Shown here one piece after another: positions 17,506 through 26,472 of a DNA stretch of 41,071 nucleotides (position 1 is the stretch's first letter; each line of letters opens with the position of its first letter). The notes below the pieces were generated by a model. That model was not told where the DNA came from. It did no database searches and saw only the letters and a program-made list of their open reading frames with translations. The translations under genes and the position numbers were made by a program. This DNA comes from a virus (Duplodnaviria; Caudoviricetes). Location of the stretch: the IMG/VR virus record IMGVR_UViG_3300010376_000067, positions 1 through 41,071 of that record, one strand, 5' to 3'.

Positions 17506-18413
17506 ACCTCCCAGTCAGCACACAGAGCATCCTTTTTGCCATCGCCCGCCGTGTCGGACTGTCGCCGACCGGCGATAACCAGAACTTTTCTCCGGATAAA
17601 GCGCGGGAGATTCTTGGCTTCATGGATGAACGCTTGAAGGAATGCTGGGAGTTGTACGATTTTTTGGAGACCACTTTCACGGAGGAGCGTGCATTTGCCG
17701 ATGATTACGATCCTACGATTAGCTACGGTGCGGGCGCTATTGTCTGGGATTGGTGCAGTCGAAGCTACTACACGGCATTGGTCCCGACCGTGGGCGGTAC
17801 TCTATCCAATCCCGCGGTCTGGCAACCCAATACCCAACCACCGTATCCTCGTATCATTCCATGGTGGCAGCCCAAACACACTTCGATAGGCACTTGTATA
17901 ACTGCCTGGAACAAGAATCCGTACACCGACCAGAACCGGATCCCGATCGATTTTCTCCAGGGCAACGACGGTTTGAATTTCTCTCTTAGCCCATTAACCA
18001 CCACGATCTGGTTACACTTCCGAATTCCCTACACGGGACTTGCTCTAGACAATTGGGATTCGACGATCACCTATAACGCTGGCGACACTGCTTTTTACAA
18101 CACCGACACGTACTTGAGTGTAGTGGACAACAACATCAACAACACGCCACCGATGAAGGCGGCCGGTATACCGCCATCGTTGTCTCCGTATGATCCCGCG
18201 GTTCGTGATTCGAACTGGCAACAGTTCAGGATTCCCTGGCCGTTCAAGCAGTTCGTCACGCTGGCGGCCTTTAGCGATTCCTTGATTGTCGAGGGTCAGA
18301 ATGAGAAGGCGCCCGATCAACTAAACCAGGCGTATGCGGCAATCGCGAGTGAGATCGATAAACAAACGATCCAGAGCGGACAATTCAGCGGTTACTCGGC
18401 GCGAGTTGTGTAA
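17502..18413 (+). CDS. head-tail adaptor-like protein with CBM5/12-like repeats
   Basis: Position after the capsid gene; YDPTISYGAGAIVW and WDSTITYNAGDTAFY repeats. Confidence 0.65.
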   Translation: MNLPVSTQSILFAIARRVGLSPTGDNQNFSPDKAREILGFMDERLKECWELYDFLETTFTEERAFADDYDPTISYGAGAIVWDWCSRSYYTALVPTVGGTLSNPAVWQPNTQPPYPRIIPWWQPKHTSIGTCITAWNKNPYTDQNRIPIDFLQGNDGLNFSLSPLTTTIWLHFRIPYTGLALDNWDSTITYNAGDTAFYNTDTYLSVVDNNINNTPPMKAAGIPPSLSPYDPAVRDSNWQQFRIPWPFKQFVTLAAFSDSLIVEGQNEKAPDQLNQAYAAIASEIDKQTIQSGQFSGYSARVV

Positions 18414-18423
18414 GGAGAACGAA

Positions 18424-18570
18424 ATGCCACTTACCAAAAAGGGTTCGAAAATTATGGGGGCGATGAAAGACCAGTACGGCAAGAAGAAAGGGGAACAGGT
18501 TTTCTATGCATCGAAAAATGCCGGAAAGATCAAAGGGGTAGAGAAGAAACAGAAAGGCTTGATGAACTGA
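18424..18570 (+). CDS. small Lys-rich phage protein
   Basis: MPLTKKGSKIMGAMKDQYGKKKGEQVFYASKNAGKIKGVE is a recurrent phage small-protein pattern; AGGAG RBS. Confidence 0.8.
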   Translation: MPLTKKGSKIMGAMKDQYGKKKGEQVFYASKNAGKIKGVEKKQKGLMN

Positions 18571-18576
18571 TGACGG

Positions 18577-18819
18577 ATGGACGAAGCACACAAGCTGATC
18601 GAGGATATGGCGCATCAACCAATCCAGTATTGGGGTGCAGCCATTGTCGTTGGTTCCGTGGTTGCCGGCTATATTTCGATTCGTCGAATGGTGAATACGT
18701 TGCGCGACGAGAATCAGCGGCTCTTTTCGATGCTTCAGGAACGAGATCACCATATTAAGGAACTGAACGATAAAGTGCTAGCGTTACTCGAAGAGCAAAG
18801 GAGGAAACGAGGACAATGA
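18577..18819 (+). CDS. membrane-anchored coiled-coil protein (lysis-related candidate)
   Basis: One TM helix (WGAAIVVGSVVAGYISI) followed by a heptad coiled coil. Confidence 0.65.
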   Translation: MDEAHKLIEDMAHQPIQYWGAAIVVGSVVAGYISIRRMVNTLRDENQRLFSMLQERDHHIKELNDKVLALLEEQRRKRGQ

Positions 18820-18992
18820 TCACGCTGATTGTTCACATTCTGATCGCAGCCATTATTATCGGTTTGCTCCTGTGGTGCCTGGCCCAGATCCCGTTCTTTG
18901 CTCCATACACACAAATCGTTCGAGTGGTGGTCCTGGTTTTGTTCGTCATCTGGCTGATTCTGCAACTGTTACCTCTCTTAGGAGTCCATTAA
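18816..18992 (+). CDS. 58-aa two-TM membrane protein, holin candidate (not in the ORF track)
   Basis: Hand translation MITLIVHILIAAIIIGLLLWCLAQIPFFAPYTQIVRVVVLVLFVIWLILQLLPLLGVH; ATGA overlap, GAGGA RBS. Confidence 0.75.
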   Translation: MITLIVHILIAAIIIGLLLWCLAQIPFFAPYTQIVRVVVLVLFVIWLILQLLPLLGVH

Positions 18993-18995
18993 AAA

Positions 18996-20708
18996 ATGGC
19001 CAGGTGGGAAAAACCGGTTCAACCCAACGATCAGCCACTCGCTCTTACGGGCGATACTGCTTTCGTCGGCATGGACCTGAAAACTCAGGATCCGGCCCAG
19101 ATGATGACCGGCTGGTATCAGGAAGCGTATAACGTGCGCCTCGAGAACGGCGGCATGACAACGCGGAAAGGTTGCCTTTGTCCAGCGTCCTACAATGCGG
19201 CAAATTTCGGCCAGATCTACGGAGTCGGCGTTTACTCCGATCCGAACGGTTCCGAATGGCTGGCTCTGGCAACGGCGAACGGCGTCTGGTTTTTACTGGA
19301 CACAGGAGTGCCGCAGTTCTTGCCGATGACATCGGTAATCAATTATCCGGTCGAGTTCTCGCAAGCCTTCAATAACTTCTATATGTGGCGGGGAAACACG
19401 CTTGCACCACTAATGTGGAAAGGTGACTGGAGCGTTTATTGGCAAACGTTACCGGATCCGTCGCAGGGTTCGCCACCGGACACGACTCGGATCCCGATGC
19501 CGAATGCGACCACCGCGGAAACGTTCTCCAGCCGCATGCTGGTTCCTCATGATCGCGACTCACTTGCCATCGGTGACATTGGCGAAAGCTATTACGAATG
19601 GGCGGTAAACGATTTCCGAGTCAATTTTGGTGAAGCCGATACCTTGGTGCGCGTGTTCCCGTGGGTACAGGACACGGTGATTTGTTTTAAAGCGCACTCG
19701 ATCTATCAATTAGCGAAGGTCACGGGAGACCTCTCCGCAACGACATTGCAGAGGTTGCCTGGGAAGCTTGGCCTGGTTGCTATGAAAGGCGTAGTCGAGA
19801 TTGCCGGCGACATCATGTTTCTGGATTCGAGTGGTGTTTACAAAATCTCTCAAATCTTCGAAGGCAGTCCGCAGGCATCGACGTTGCCGGTCTCAGACTC
19901 GATTAAACCCGTAATCGATTCGATAAATTGGAATGCTGCGGCTGGGATACGTGCCGCCAATCGCCGGGAACGAGTTTATTTTGCCGTGCCGTTGCGCAAC
20001 GCCAGCCGCAACAACGTTTTGTTGGTCTATAACCTGATCAGTACGAGCTGGGAAAGCATCGACACGTTTGGGGATCCGGATTTCAGATTCGACGACCTGG
20101 TCAAAACCAACTATATCGGCGAACGCCGGATTTTCGCGATCGACCGGCAGAAAGGAGTTGTGGTGCTCCTCGAACAGGGACGCACGGATTTGTTAGGGAG
20201 TGATATCAGTCGCGAGTTTCAGATTCAATTTGCAGTATTGACTCGGGGGTATGCCGGCGTAGGCCCGCAGAATTCTTTCCCAAGAGTCGGTATCGACGTT
20301 TCGAGCTGGAACCCGAATTTCAGTATCCAGGCGTTTACCGATGGATCGAACGCCAAGACACTAATCACTAACCGGACCAAAAGCCGAACGGTGTACGAGA
20401 CATTCGGGAAACGTCCTTGGAATCAGGCTAATCTTGCCGACGATCACGCAACCGATAGGCGTAAAGATTATTCGGTCGGATTTCAGACTAGTTATCCGCC
20501 TGGATTGCCGGCCGATCAGCAAGGATTCATGCTGGGCAATAACGGGATCCAGGTTGAGCGCGAACAACAAGGAACCGAACGCTTCGATATCAATATGAGA
20601 GGTCGATTTTGCCAGTTTCGGATCGAGAACACGGTCGGTTCAATCGGTATCCGATCGGTTGTGTTAGAGGATTACGAAGACTCTCGCGAACCGAGACATC
20701 ATACTTAG
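18996..20708 (+). CDS. tail nozzle / tail tubular protein (beta-propeller type)
   Basis: 570 aa, beta-rich; NVRLENG..TRKG, IMFLDSSGVY, PVSDSIKP and NNVLLVYN motifs; position. Confidence 0.72.
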   Translation: MARWEKPVQPNDQPLALTGDTAFVGMDLKTQDPAQMMTGWYQEAYNVRLENGGMTTRKGCLCPASYNAANFGQIYGVGVYSDPNGSEWLALATANGVWFLLDTGVPQFLPMTSVINYPVEFSQAFNNFYMWRGNTLAPLMWKGDWSVYWQTLPDPSQGSPPDTTRIPMPNATTAETFSSRMLVPHDRDSLAIGDIGESYYEWAVNDFRVNFGEADTLVRVFPWVQDTVICFKAHSIYQLAKVTGDLSATTLQRLPGKLGLVAMKGVVEIAGDIMFLDSSGVYKISQIFEGSPQASTLPVSDSIKPVIDSINWNAAAGIRAANRRERVYFAVPLRNASRNNVLLVYNLISTSWESIDTFGDPDFRFDDLVKTNYIGERRIFAIDRQKGVVVLLEQGRTDLLGSDISREFQIQFAVLTRGYAGVGPQNSFPRVGIDVSSWNPNFSIQAFTDGSNAKTLITNRTKSRTVYETFGKRPWNQANLADDHATDRRKDYSVGFQTSYPPGLPADQQGFMLGNNGIQVEREQQGTERFDINMRGRFCQFRIENTVGSIGIRSVVLEDYEDSREPRHHT

Positions 20709-20714
20709 AATTTT

Positions 20715-22763
20715 ATGGCAGAGGTAGCTGTCCAACCAGGTTACAGATGGACTCCGACGGACATCGTCACGGTCGATAAGTTGAATTTGACTGCGACGCC
20801 GCTGGTCACACTCTCGATCGAAACGCCGATTACAGACCAGAATTTTCTGAGGAATGGCAATTTCTATTCGAGTTTCTGGAGTAATCCCGCTGGAGTGAGT
20901 TGCCCAGTTGGCGTGGAGACGCAAAACGCCAATTACTGGACGGTTAATCCGAACGGCGCGGCTGTAACCTGTAAACGTTCGACTGACGTGCCGGATCTGT
21001 ACTCGCTTTGGAGTCTTGAGATCGACGGTGCCGTTAACGTGACTGATTGCAGTTTGGGGCAACAGATTAACGGTGATCTGAGTGCCACGCTGCGCCGGCC
21101 TTGCACGTTCAGCGGCTACATCGAGAACAATTCCGGCGCCCTTCTTTCGGCGACGCTTGAAGTGTGGACAGCGAACGCCTTCAATAATTTTAACACCGTA
21201 ACTTTGCAGAGGACGGTCAATTTGCAGAGTATCGGCAACTCAGCCTGGGGATACGTCTTTGCGACCATTGATCTGAGCCTGAGCACGATTCTGAACGTGG
21301 CAAACGGATTACTGCTCAAGATTCGGTTACCTAGCGGCACGCTTTCGTCTACGGGCAAACGAGTAAATTGTAGCCGGCTGAAATTCCAGCAAGGGGAAGT
21401 GGCGACTGAGTTCAGTGACGATCCTTCGCTGTTCGTGACATCACCTTCAGTCGATTCGACCATGCTTCAGGACGGATGCCTGGCCCGGTCCACGCTCTAT
21501 GTGACCAATCCTGGAGTTATCCCCAAAGGAGCTTTCGCGGCAGGGGCAATTCAGAGTGCTGATATAGGAATTGGACAAGTCGAGGCTGTCAATCTGGATC
21601 CAGGGATTTCGACCACGACCTCTGCCGGGTTCACCGTGCCGGCCATAAATTCCAACGTCGCTATCACGATGACTAGCGTTACTGGAATTTTGCCTGGCTT
21701 GGTTTTCTCTATTGCTGGTGCTGGGAAATACGCCACCGTGAGCGTGGCTGGCAATGTCGTTACGGCAACCAACACGGGGGCTAGCGGCAATGCTGCGGCT
21801 GGGACGGTCATAAACAGCGGAGCTGCCGTCAGTACAACCGGCAACGCCGTCCTCGGATGCTTGGGCTATACACCGGTTAACAAGGCTGGCGACAGTAGCA
21901 TCGGCAAACTGGATATCACAGTCGATACGAGTGTCGGTTCCGGTTCAGCGTTAGCCTCCGGACTGATCGTCGAGGGATTAAGCGCTAATCAAGCTAATGA
22001 CAGCTATTTTCCAGCGATCGGATTTAATCGGCCCGGTGGTCAATCCAGAGCGCTTGGGCTAGGCGCTGATGGTCGGCTGAAAACGGTCGATGGTGGTGGC
22101 GTAGTCGGCTATCTGCTAGATAGCGTTCACCAGGTCGATACCAATTCATATCAGGATGCATCAATCACATTACAGAAGTTGGCCACTTCATTGGTCAATA
22201 TCCTGATCGCACCGGGTACGATTCATATGTTCGCAGGTTCGAATCCGCCAAGCGGCTGGTTTATCTGTGACGGGTCTCCGGTAAGCAGGACAACATACGC
22301 AAACCTCTTCTCGGCGATCGGCACCTACTGGGGCAGCGGCGATAACGTTAATACTTTTAATCTTCCTGATCTGCGAGGACGCGCGCCGATTGGTTACGTC
22401 AATACACCGGTTGGTGGAATCACCGGTCGCAGTTTCGGTTATTTAGGAGGAGAAGAAGGACATGCTTTGAGTCAGGCTGAAATACCAAGCCATCTTCACC
22501 AACTCAATGAAAGTCCGCATAATCACACTCTGCATGATCCGACGCATAGTCACGGGTTAGCTGGCTTTGCGATAAGTACAGCTCAACACGGAGCTGATAG
22601 TGGATACTGGTTTAATACGGGAGCGGTACAGACAAATTTAGCCGCAACAGGGATCACTATTGATCCGGCAATAACCGGAATCACCATGAACCCGACTGGC
22701 GGTAACGGCACTCATAATAACATGCAACCGTATGCGGTCATGTACTTCATAATTAAATATTAA
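20715..22763 (+). CDS. tail fibre with C-terminal tail-collar domain
   Basis: PGTIHMFAG..PPSGWFICDGSPVSRTTYANLFSAIGT..G.GD...TFNLPDLRGR; HNNMQPY...FIIKY end. Confidence 0.9.
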   Translation: MAEVAVQPGYRWTPTDIVTVDKLNLTATPLVTLSIETPITDQNFLRNGNFYSSFWSNPAGVSCPVGVETQNANYWTVNPNGAAVTCKRSTDVPDLYSLWSLEIDGAVNVTDCSLGQQINGDLSATLRRPCTFSGYIENNSGALLSATLEVWTANAFNNFNTVTLQRTVNLQSIGNSAWGYVFATIDLSLSTILNVANGLLLKIRLPSGTLSSTGKRVNCSRLKFQQGEVATEFSDDPSLFVTSPSVDSTMLQDGCLARSTLYVTNPGVIPKGAFAAGAIQSADIGIGQVEAVNLDPGISTTTSAGFTVPAINSNVAITMTSVTGILPGLVFSIAGAGKYATVSVAGNVVTATNTGASGNAAAGTVINSGAAVSTTGNAVLGCLGYTPVNKAGDSSIGKLDITVDTSVGSGSALASGLIVEGLSANQANDSYFPAIGFNRPGGQSRALGLGADGRLKTVDGGGVVGYLLDSVHQVDTNSYQDASITLQKLATSLVNILIAPGTIHMFAGSNPPSGWFICDGSPVSRTTYANLFSAIGTYWGSGDNVNTFNLPDLRGRAPIGYVNTPVGGITGRSFGYLGGEEGHALSQAEIPSHLHQLNESPHNHTLHDPTHSHGLAGFAISTAQHGADSGYWFNTGAVQTNLAATGITIDPAITGITMNPTGGNGTHNNMQPYAVMYFIIKY

Positions 22764-22765
22764 AG

Positions 22766-23143
22766 GTGAATGTCGGACAAATAGCCAGGGATTGGTATGA
22801 GAAGAACGAGCCAGAAGGCGCGCTTTCGCGCGCTATTTTACGTTGTTTTTTCAACGGGACAATTATCCGACGCCCGAATTTTCTCCTAATGGGGGAAACC
22901 TGCAAAACTGACGGCAAACAGCTTGTTGAAGGCAATCCGCACAACTGTTGGTGGATTCATTTTACTGCGAATGAACGTGGGACCGTGTCGCCTTACGATC
23001 GATGTCTCGAGGCACCGTTTCAACTTGACTGGGTCGCATTTAAGCGACGAGGCAAAATTCACATCATAGCTTGGGATAAGCTATACAACCGAGATCTTTA
23101 TTATGGGCGGTGCACCAAGTGTTCAAGCTCCTCCTCCACCTAA
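22766..23143 (+). CDS. hypothetical protein between tail and ejection genes (T7 gp13/GNAT-like position)
   Basis: 125 aa, NCWWIHF...PFQLDWVAFKRRG; function from position only. Confidence 0.6.
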   Translation: MNVGQIARDWYEKNEPEGALSRAILRCFFNGTIIRRPNFLLMGETCKTDGKQLVEGNPHNCWWIHFTANERGTVSPYDRCLEAPFQLDWVAFKRRGKIHIIAWDKLYNRDLYYGRCTKCSSSSST

Positions 23144-24560
23144 TGCAGGTCTAGAATTTCAGCAAGCATTACAGGCTTACGTCAGCAATGCTCCGCAGCT
23201 TTACGGCGAAGAAAGGACCTATCAGCCGTTATATAACCAGTTACAGCAGGGAATAGAGGAAACCAATCTGAACAGGTATTTAGCTGCGGTGCCGACAATG
23301 CAGGCGGCGGCATCCCAAGCGCAACAACAAGCTAGTGCCGGCCAATTAGCAAATTTACAACAAGTCGGACAACAAGCGACACAAGGATTGATGGCGACCA
23401 GTCCGCAGTATGGGCAACTCGCCAATCTTGCTACTTCTGGTCTGGGCGCAGGTCTGGATCCGACGTTGACCGGATTATACGGTAATGTCATGGGACAGTT
23501 GCCTGCGCAACAGGCAGGCTTGTATAATCTTGCTGCGCAAGCGGGTCAACAACTGCAGCCGATTAACCAGCAGTTGCAAACATTGGCGGGACAATCCCAA
23601 GTCGGCACGAACCAGACCGTGGCGCAACTTGGTCAACTCCAACAGAATGTTCTAGCTAATGCGCGAAGCGATATTTTCAACGCGACCAAAGGTAACGTAA
23701 TGAGTGCGTTGGGAAACCTCGATCCGCTCACCCAGCAGTTGCAGACCACCGCGCAGCAGCAACTTGCACTTGGCGGGAGCATGTCGCCGCAGATGACGGC
23801 AGATGTCGCCCAGCAGGAACGCGCAGCCTACCAGGCCCGCGGGATGCTCCAAGGTGCCGGTTCAATCGGTGCCGAGATTATGGGAACCCAGCAGATGCAG
23901 CAGCAACTCCTGGGGCAACGCGAACAGTTTGCTTCCGGAGTCAGTGGACTGGTTCAGAACGAGCAGCAACAACGGACTGCCAATGCTCTTGGACTGACCT
24001 CTACCGATATCGCGGCTACGCAAGCCAACCAGCAACTGGGCGGCCAGATCGGGCAAGCGATCGCCGGGATCCAGCAAGCGAATATCGGAATGCAAAGCGG
24101 TCTCCAGGGACAGATAGCGCAGAATCTTCAGAACGTTACCCAGCAACAGGCAGCGTTGCAAGGCCAGGCACTTGGCGCTTATCAGAGCGCGATTTCGCAA
24201 GCGTCCGGACTTCAAGGCGCAGCGTTACAACAACAATTAGCACAACAACAACTCGGCGCGAATGCGGCGCAATATCTTACCGGAGCGCAGCAAAACCAAT
24301 TAAATGCGATCTTGGGTTACGGCCCGACTGGCGCAGCTCTGGGAAGCGCAGGCATGACCCAGTCATCTACAGGTGGACCTGCCTTGTTCCAGTCCAGCGG
24401 TATGCTGGGCTTAGTGAACCAGAATACGATGGCTGCCTACAACGCTAACATGGCAGCGCAACAGATGAACGCACAATCAGCCGGCGCAAGCAAGGGTGCG
24501 ATGATCGGGGCTGGTGCCAGTATCGCAGGCGCGTTGATCGGTGGCGTGGCGCTGTTTTAG
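23103..24560 (+). CDS. DNA ejection (pilot) protein, Q/A/G-rich
   Basis: MGG start, long Gln/Ala helical body, C-terminal glycine zipper GAMIGAGASIAGALIGG. Confidence 0.75.
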   Translation: MGGAPSVQAPPPPNAGLEFQQALQAYVSNAPQLYGEERTYQPLYNQLQQGIEETNLNRYLAAVPTMQAAASQAQQQASAGQLANLQQVGQQATQGLMATSPQYGQLANLATSGLGAGLDPTLTGLYGNVMGQLPAQQAGLYNLAAQAGQQLQPINQQLQTLAGQSQVGTNQTVAQLGQLQQNVLANARSDIFNATKGNVMSALGNLDPLTQQLQTTAQQQLALGGSMSPQMTADVAQQERAAYQARGMLQGAGSIGAEIMGTQQMQQQLLGQREQFASGVSGLVQNEQQQRTANALGLTSTDIAATQANQQLGGQIGQAIAGIQQANIGMQSGLQGQIAQNLQNVTQQQAALQGQALGAYQSAISQASGLQGAALQQQLAQQQLGANAAQYLTGAQQNQLNAILGYGPTGAALGSAGMTQSSTGGPALFQSSGMLGLVNQNTMAAYNANMAAQQMNAQSAGASKGAMIGAGASIAGALIGGVALF

Positions 24561-24570
24561 AAAGAGCCCT

Positions 24571-24990
24571 ATGTTAACCGTTCCCGTTGAGATTCGAAAC
24601 AGCGAAATCCACGGGCAGGGCGTCTTCGCCAAGTGCGATATCCGTCAGGGCGCGATTGTCTGGCAGTTTACTCCCGGCCTTGATCGGGTGGTATCGCTTT
24701 ATGCTGTTGAGAGTGCCGAACCTCGCAGCAGGAAGTACGTCCTGGAACGAGGCTTTATCGATCCCATCGAACCAGACGATGTCGTCATCTGTGTCGATGC
24801 GGCCCAGTTCATGAATTTTCCGCCAGAAGGGATCGCGGCTAATACAGAACTCGGAGCCATACTCGACGGACAACACTTGCTCCTGGCCGCTGAAGATATT
24901 CTTGCCGGCACCGAGATTACCGTGCCGCCGGGAAGCGATTTGGATTACGTTCGCAAAATGAAGCAGCATGAAGCTGAACGAAAAGATTGA
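24571..24990 (+). CDS. SET-domain protein (Lys methyltransferase fold)
   Basis: SEIHGQGVFAKCDIRQG...QFMNF...AAEDILAGTEITV...DY; ATG at 24571. Confidence 0.85.
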   Translation: MLTVPVEIRNSEIHGQGVFAKCDIRQGAIVWQFTPGLDRVVSLYAVESAEPRSRKYVLERGFIDPIEPDDVVICVDAAQFMNFPPEGIAANTELGAILDGQHLLLAAEDILAGTEITVPPGSDLDYVRKMKQHEAERKD

Positions 24991-25789
24991 GGAGACGCTT
25001 GGCCTCATCCGCGAGGAGCTTAAAGCATATGGGCATCCGGTGCTTCTCTGCTCATTTGGCAAGGATTCTCTGACGCTTCTTCATCTGTTGCTGTCGCGAA
25101 ATATCCGGATGCCGATCATCTATTTTGCGGATCCCTGGTTCCCTCGTAAGAATGCTTTTGCTAATCGCGTCATCGAACAGTGGAACCTCGAGGTCCACAA
25201 TTATCCGCCGGCCAAAGTATCGTTATTGCATAGTCCGCAGATGGTTGCTCTGGTGAGCGAGTATCAGACAGGCGAACACGCCAGTGCGGCAGTCTTGAAA
25301 AATGCCTTAGAGTTCAAGGACGGCGACGATCCGGACCAGTTTATGTGCGGAGTCAATTTCCTGATGCGCCCGTGCAGTGTTTTCGTTTTCCCGTGGGATA
25401 TCGGCCTGGTCGCGCATAAAGACTGCGACGAAGACCAGATTTTCGGCCTTGTGCCGTTAAAGTCCAGGTTGGTTTATCGGGACCAGGGACCGGACTATCT
25501 GTTCCCTTTAAAGGAATGGAGTCATAACGATATCTGGGATTACATCGAAGAGTTTAATGTTCCATTCCAGGCTGACCGGTACGATATCAGGAACCGATGC
25601 GAATGGCCGGATAAGACTACTAACTCCGACTGGTATCCGACTTGTATCCGGTGCATCGATAAACGGCGAGCTGGGGAGGAAGTTTATTGTCCGAAAATGA
25701 AAGGCTATATCAAGAACGTCTCAGGCGCAGCACCGGAATACGGCTGGACTGAGGCGCAGATGCAATTCCGTATCGAGAAGAAAGGATAA
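24968..25789 (+). CDS. PAPS-reductase-family (PP-loop) protein
   Basis: CSFGKDS PP-loop, FPLKEWSHNDIWDYI, CIRC and YCPK Cys motifs. Confidence 0.85.
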   Translation: MKLNEKIEETLGLIREELKAYGHPVLLCSFGKDSLTLLHLLLSRNIRMPIIYFADPWFPRKNAFANRVIEQWNLEVHNYPPAKVSLLHSPQMVALVSEYQTGEHASAAVLKNALEFKDGDDPDQFMCGVNFLMRPCSVFVFPWDIGLVAHKDCDEDQIFGLVPLKSRLVYRDQGPDYLFPLKEWSHNDIWDYIEEFNVPFQADRYDIRNRCEWPDKTTNSDWYPTCIRCIDKRRAGEEVYCPKMKGYIKNVSGAAPEYGWTEAQMQFRIEKKG

Positions 25790-25794
25790 TTTCT

Positions 25795-26472
25795 ATGCAA
25801 ATGGATCCGACTCCACCGCAGTTCAATCTTCAATACAACGTCAGGCCGATGGACATTGGCAGTGGTTACGCTGCCGGGATTACAGAGGCTGGTAAAGCGA
25901 TCGGAGGCGCAATCTCAGGGGTATCGCAACTCATGCAGCAACGGCAGGACGCAACCGACACGCTTAATGCGATGCACGGGAGCGGAATGCTTAGTGATGA
26001 CCAGTACAAAGCCATTGCTGGAAAAAGTCTCGGCGCGCAACAGTCGATGATTGGCATGTACGCTAATAGCTGGATTCAGCAACAAGCTCAGTCCCGCGAA
26101 ATGCAAAAGATGGGCTATGGCGCGAACTTGGACGTTTGGAAACAACATCAGGCACTCCTGGACGAAATATCTAAACTTAAAGCGACACGACCGCAAACGT
26201 TGCCGATGAACGTGCAGCAACCGCAGCAGCAGCAACCGGCGCCTAGAGCGTTGCCGCCCAACACGGCACCACCAGTCCAGCGAGCACAAGCTGTTCAACA
26301 GCCTCCACAATATAGAATTGGACCGAATTGGACTGGGCAACTTCCGCAAGTTTATAAAAGTGGTTCCATGGCGGTAAATGGAAAGCCCACGGCAGGGATT
26401 TTAGTTCCTTCGCAACAAAGCGCACCTATCGGTGGGCAACCCGTTGATTGGACGTTCCATCCATATGGCTGA
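25795..26472 (+). CDS. putative ejection/internal virion protein
   Basis: GSGYAAGITEAGKAIGGAISG amphipathic Gly-rich start, Q/P-rich; position. Confidence 0.62.
   Translation: MQMDPTPPQFNLQYNVRPMDIGSGYAAGITEAGKAIGGAISGVSQLMQQRQDATDTLNAMHGSGMLSDDQYKAIAGKSLGAQQSMIGMYANSWIQQQAQSREMQKMGYGANLDVWKQHQALLDEISKLKATRPQTLPMNVQQPQQQQPAPRALPPNTAPPVQRAQAVQQPPQYRIGPNWTGQLPQVYKSGSMAVNGKPTAGILVPSQQSAPIGGQPVDWTFHPYG

Noticed and set aside
24968-25789. Dnd phosphorothioation system or cysH auxiliary metabolic gene
   Set aside because: No dndB/D/E or sulfur-pathway neighbours; only the PP-loop family assignment is supportable
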